64,000 nucleotides of DNA, taken from Spirochaetia bacterium. GTDB lineage: Bacteria > Spirochaetota > Spirochaetia > CADAEX01. The position numbers were made by a program, and so were the translations under genes. The notes below the pieces were generated by a model, which had not been told where the DNA came from, did not search any database, and saw only the letters and a list, made by a program, of their open reading frames with translations. The DNA is taken from positions 64,001-128,000 of the forward strand of contig CAXXHA010000008.1 in the NCBI GenBank assembly GCA_963662265.2, written 5' to 3'. Below are positions 61,319-64,000 of the stretch, piece by piece; within the stretch, counting starts at the first letter, position 1; each line of letters begins with the position of its first letter.

Positions 61319-62128
61319 TTATTTTTTTTCGAAACTGCAGCTGTAGATTATCTGCCTACCTTTTTCACCATTTTCATATGACAAAATACTGTCAAATGAA
61401 CCAATATAATCATATTTCATGACTGTAACAGGGGCCGGCAGTGATAAAAACTGTTCTGTATCGGAAAAATTAATAAAATCAAACAAAATATAGCTGTTTT
61501 TTAACCTTGAAAGTGCTTCTATCAGGCTTTCAGGGTAGGATTCCGGAATATAAACAGAAAGATTATCTGAATTTTGAATATTCGAAGCAGAATCTGTATC
61601 TGCAATATTGTTGAAACTATACATTATCCCGCTTCTGTTTAAATCGGCAGCCTTAATAATTCCGGAAGATATCCAGTATTCCGGAAAACTGTCTTTATTG
61701 TCATCAATAAAAAATGATATTGAAGCAGTTCCTCTAAGCAATTCAATATTTTCAAAATTCTCTTTTATATTTCCGATAACTTCAGTATTTTTAATGTTAA
61801 AATCAAAATATGGACCTATAATAAATAATTTGTCGTCAGTATCAGTATTATAATTATTAAGATAGGTAAAAGCAGATAAAACTATTTTATCATCATTTCC
61901 GTTATTCATGCTTTCAAACAGAGAAGCTGTTTCTTCTGCAGAACCTGTATATAATATGGATAAATCATACCGGTTTTTTTCAGCTTTTTTCCGGAATTCT
62001 TCTATTATAATATCGCTGATCAATTCTGAAGAATATGTATCTTTAATAAAATATACAGTTTTATCTTTTGAGCATGATATAATAATCAGGGTAAGCAGAA
62101 ATAAAATTATCTTTTTAGTCATATTCAT
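61319..62128 (-). CDS. Hypothetical lipoprotein
   Basis: Lipobox IISC; 269-aa ORF. Confidence 0.7.
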   Translation of the reverse strand: MNMTKKIILFLLTLIIISCSKDKTVYFIKDTYSSELISDIIIEEFRKKAEKNRYDLSILYTGSAEETASLFESMNNGNDDKIVLSAFTYLNNYNTDTDDKLFIIGPYFDFNIKNTEVIGNIKENFENIELLRGTASISFFIDDNKDSFPEYWISSGIIKAADLNRSGIMYSFNNIADTDSASNIQNSDNLSVYIPESYPESLIEALSRLKNSYILFDFINFSDTEQFLSLPAPVTVMKYDYIGSFDSILSYENGEKGRQIIYSCSFEKK

Positions 62129-62210
62129 TTTTTAAACCTGATAAAATCCCCTGCTCTGCTTACAGAGACAGGGTATATATGAATTATGAAATTCCTTTCA
62201 TATTCTGTTA

Positions 62211-63496
62211 TCAGTCGTCAAAATTTCCTTCTTCGCCTTTATCCACATCAAGCTGTGAAGCTTTTTTCACGATAAGTTCATCAGTCCACTCGGAAGGATC
62301 TTCAATTCTCTTTCCTTTTGCTCCGGGATCAAATGAACCTGCTTTCAATATTGCATCAACAGCAAGAGGAGCTGTATCGCCTGCATTAAAAACATTAATA
62401 AGCATGTTATAGACAAAATCTTCCACTCTTTTCACCATTCTGTCCCTGATTTCAGCAGACTGGCCGCAGAACTTGTTTTCAAAAGCAAGATTTATCTTCT
62501 TGTAATCACCTTTCTTCCAGCCTTTTTCATCAGCAAATGCTTTAACCTCTTTCCAGAGCTCATCATCAACACCTTCGCCTTCAACTTTTATAAAATCTTC
62601 ATTTTCATCAAGAATAGCATTTCCGTAATCATTTACTTTAAGTCCCCAGGAAACCATCTGGAGTGCTGTTGCAACATTTGCTTTTGTTGTATGTGTCTGT
62701 GATGCTATTTCCCTGAGCCTGTCTGAACTGTTGCCTGAAGTTCCATGCTGTGCACCTGAAATACCGTATTTTTCAAGCCCCTTGTGAATACCTGCAGTGA
62801 GATCAACCTGAATTCCGGCGGAACTTGCTTCAATTCCATGAGTAGTTCCGTTATTGAGCGCAATCCAGTCAGGGAATATATCATGTGCATTGAGACCTGC
62901 TATTAAAAATTCTGCTTCCGAGAGCGAAGAAAGCCCTGTGCTTCCCTTGATCTCCCCTACTTCTGTTTCAAGACCTGCCCAGTCAGGAATATACTGGTTA
63001 AGTTCCTTATTCACCAGGAGGTTTTTATCATCAGGAAGATGGGATGCATCTACAGCTATTGATGTTATTCCGGCATCAAACATGCTCTTTATTTCTGTCC
63101 TCGCCTGTTCAACATCCTTATCATTTTTTATCCCGTAATGATCAGCATGTACCGCAACAGGAACTGTAATTCCAAGCTCATTGCAGAATTTATCGACATA
63201 CATTGCCATATTCCAGTAGCTTACCGGACAGTAGGATGAAGCACCCCCCTCAGACTTTGCTATTTCAATAATTATCGCAGCATTAGCCCTCTGTGCAGCC
63301 TGAAGAGCACCTTTAATTACAAAACTGCTCCTGCCGTTTGCAGCAATTGTCATTGCCTTTCCTTTTGCAATCATTGCCCTGTCTATCACTTTGCCGCTGA
63401 CAATCAGAGCTTTTGAATTGGGAAAAAAGTTTTTTTATGTTTAGGCGGTCTCCCTATTTCAACCGCTTTTTCAAAATCCTTTTTATAATCACCCAT
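62211..63496 (-). CDS. fba: Class II fructose-bisphosphate aldolase (frameshift near 63420-63445)
   Basis: HADH, DASH, ETEVGEI, NNGTTHG, AQHGTSG, KANVAT. True ATG at 63496 with RBS; TTGACA-17-TACTAT at 63561-63533. Confidence 0.9.
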
Positions 63497-63683
63497 TACT
63501 TCCCCCTTAATATTTTTGTTTCCAATACAAAAATAGTAAATACGGGATCATATGTTGTCAACCTAAATTATGTTAAATGAAATCCAATTAAACATATGTT
63601 TATTAAAAGAAAGACTTTTTCACCGGAAAATTATACTTCTTATTTCCGGTGACTTGATTAAAACTGAAAAGTATACGGAATTT

Positions 63684-64000
63684 TCACTTACGTATAACGG
63701 GTGAATAGTAGTAGAAAAGCCATGCTGTAAATATCACAAAAACAGCAAGGATAATTCCCGACAGCAGAATATTGTTAACAAAATAGAAAAAAGAGACAAA
63801 AGCAACTGCAAACGGCAGGAGGAACAAAGATATTATATATAAGAATTTCAAAAAACCGGTTGATTCACTTATTAATGGAGGAAGAATGGAAAACAAAAGT
63901 ACCATAACAACCCTGCTTAACGGAAGAAAATACAGGATATAGGGGCTTTCCCATCTGTAAATATATAATCCGTCAAAAACAGCAAGGGCTGCAAAAAAAC
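63684..64000 (-). CDS. Hypothetical membrane protein (5' part beyond the window)
   Basis: The frame is open from the window edge to TGA at 63684 and is hydrophobic. Confidence 0.6.
   Translation of the reverse strand, partial: FFAALAVFDGLYIYRWESPYILYFLPLSRVVMVLLFSILPPLISESTGFLKFLYIISLFLLPFAVAFVSFFYFVNNILLSGIILAVFVIFTAWLFYYYSPVIRK

Overview
A 64-kb AT-rich window from a spirochete chromosome (two FlaA sheath genes, DUF5312-like and other spirochete-type proteins). Positions 1-14862 are a complete, canonical integron. It has an intI tyrosine recombinase (13642-14862, +), attI at about 13476-13500, and an array on the minus strand with 14 attC sites and 15 cassettes (14 complete); the array runs off the left edge. 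All 14 complete cassettes show a perfect 7-bp R'/R'' core match. Six of the 14 are gene-less. They form two related, structured sequence families built on CATTTC...GAAATG stem modules. Five of the six carry an unusually long (191-196 bp) attC class that no coding cassette uses, and one sits in first position at attI. Another cassette carries an IS91/ISCR-like HUH transposase and shares both of its ends with an unrelated cassette. The rest is housekeeping: dhaKLM, trp operon, pyrC, folD, folE, hom, glmS, ssb, eno, flaA x2 and fba. It also includes a cluster encoding the archaeal-type CoA route (pantoate kinase, phosphopantothenate synthetase and an archaeal-like CoaBC, with panB and panE). Several frameshifts (trpB, glmS, vWA gene, fba) look like assembly indel errors. 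All calls come from reading motifs by eye; no database searches or folding programs were run.
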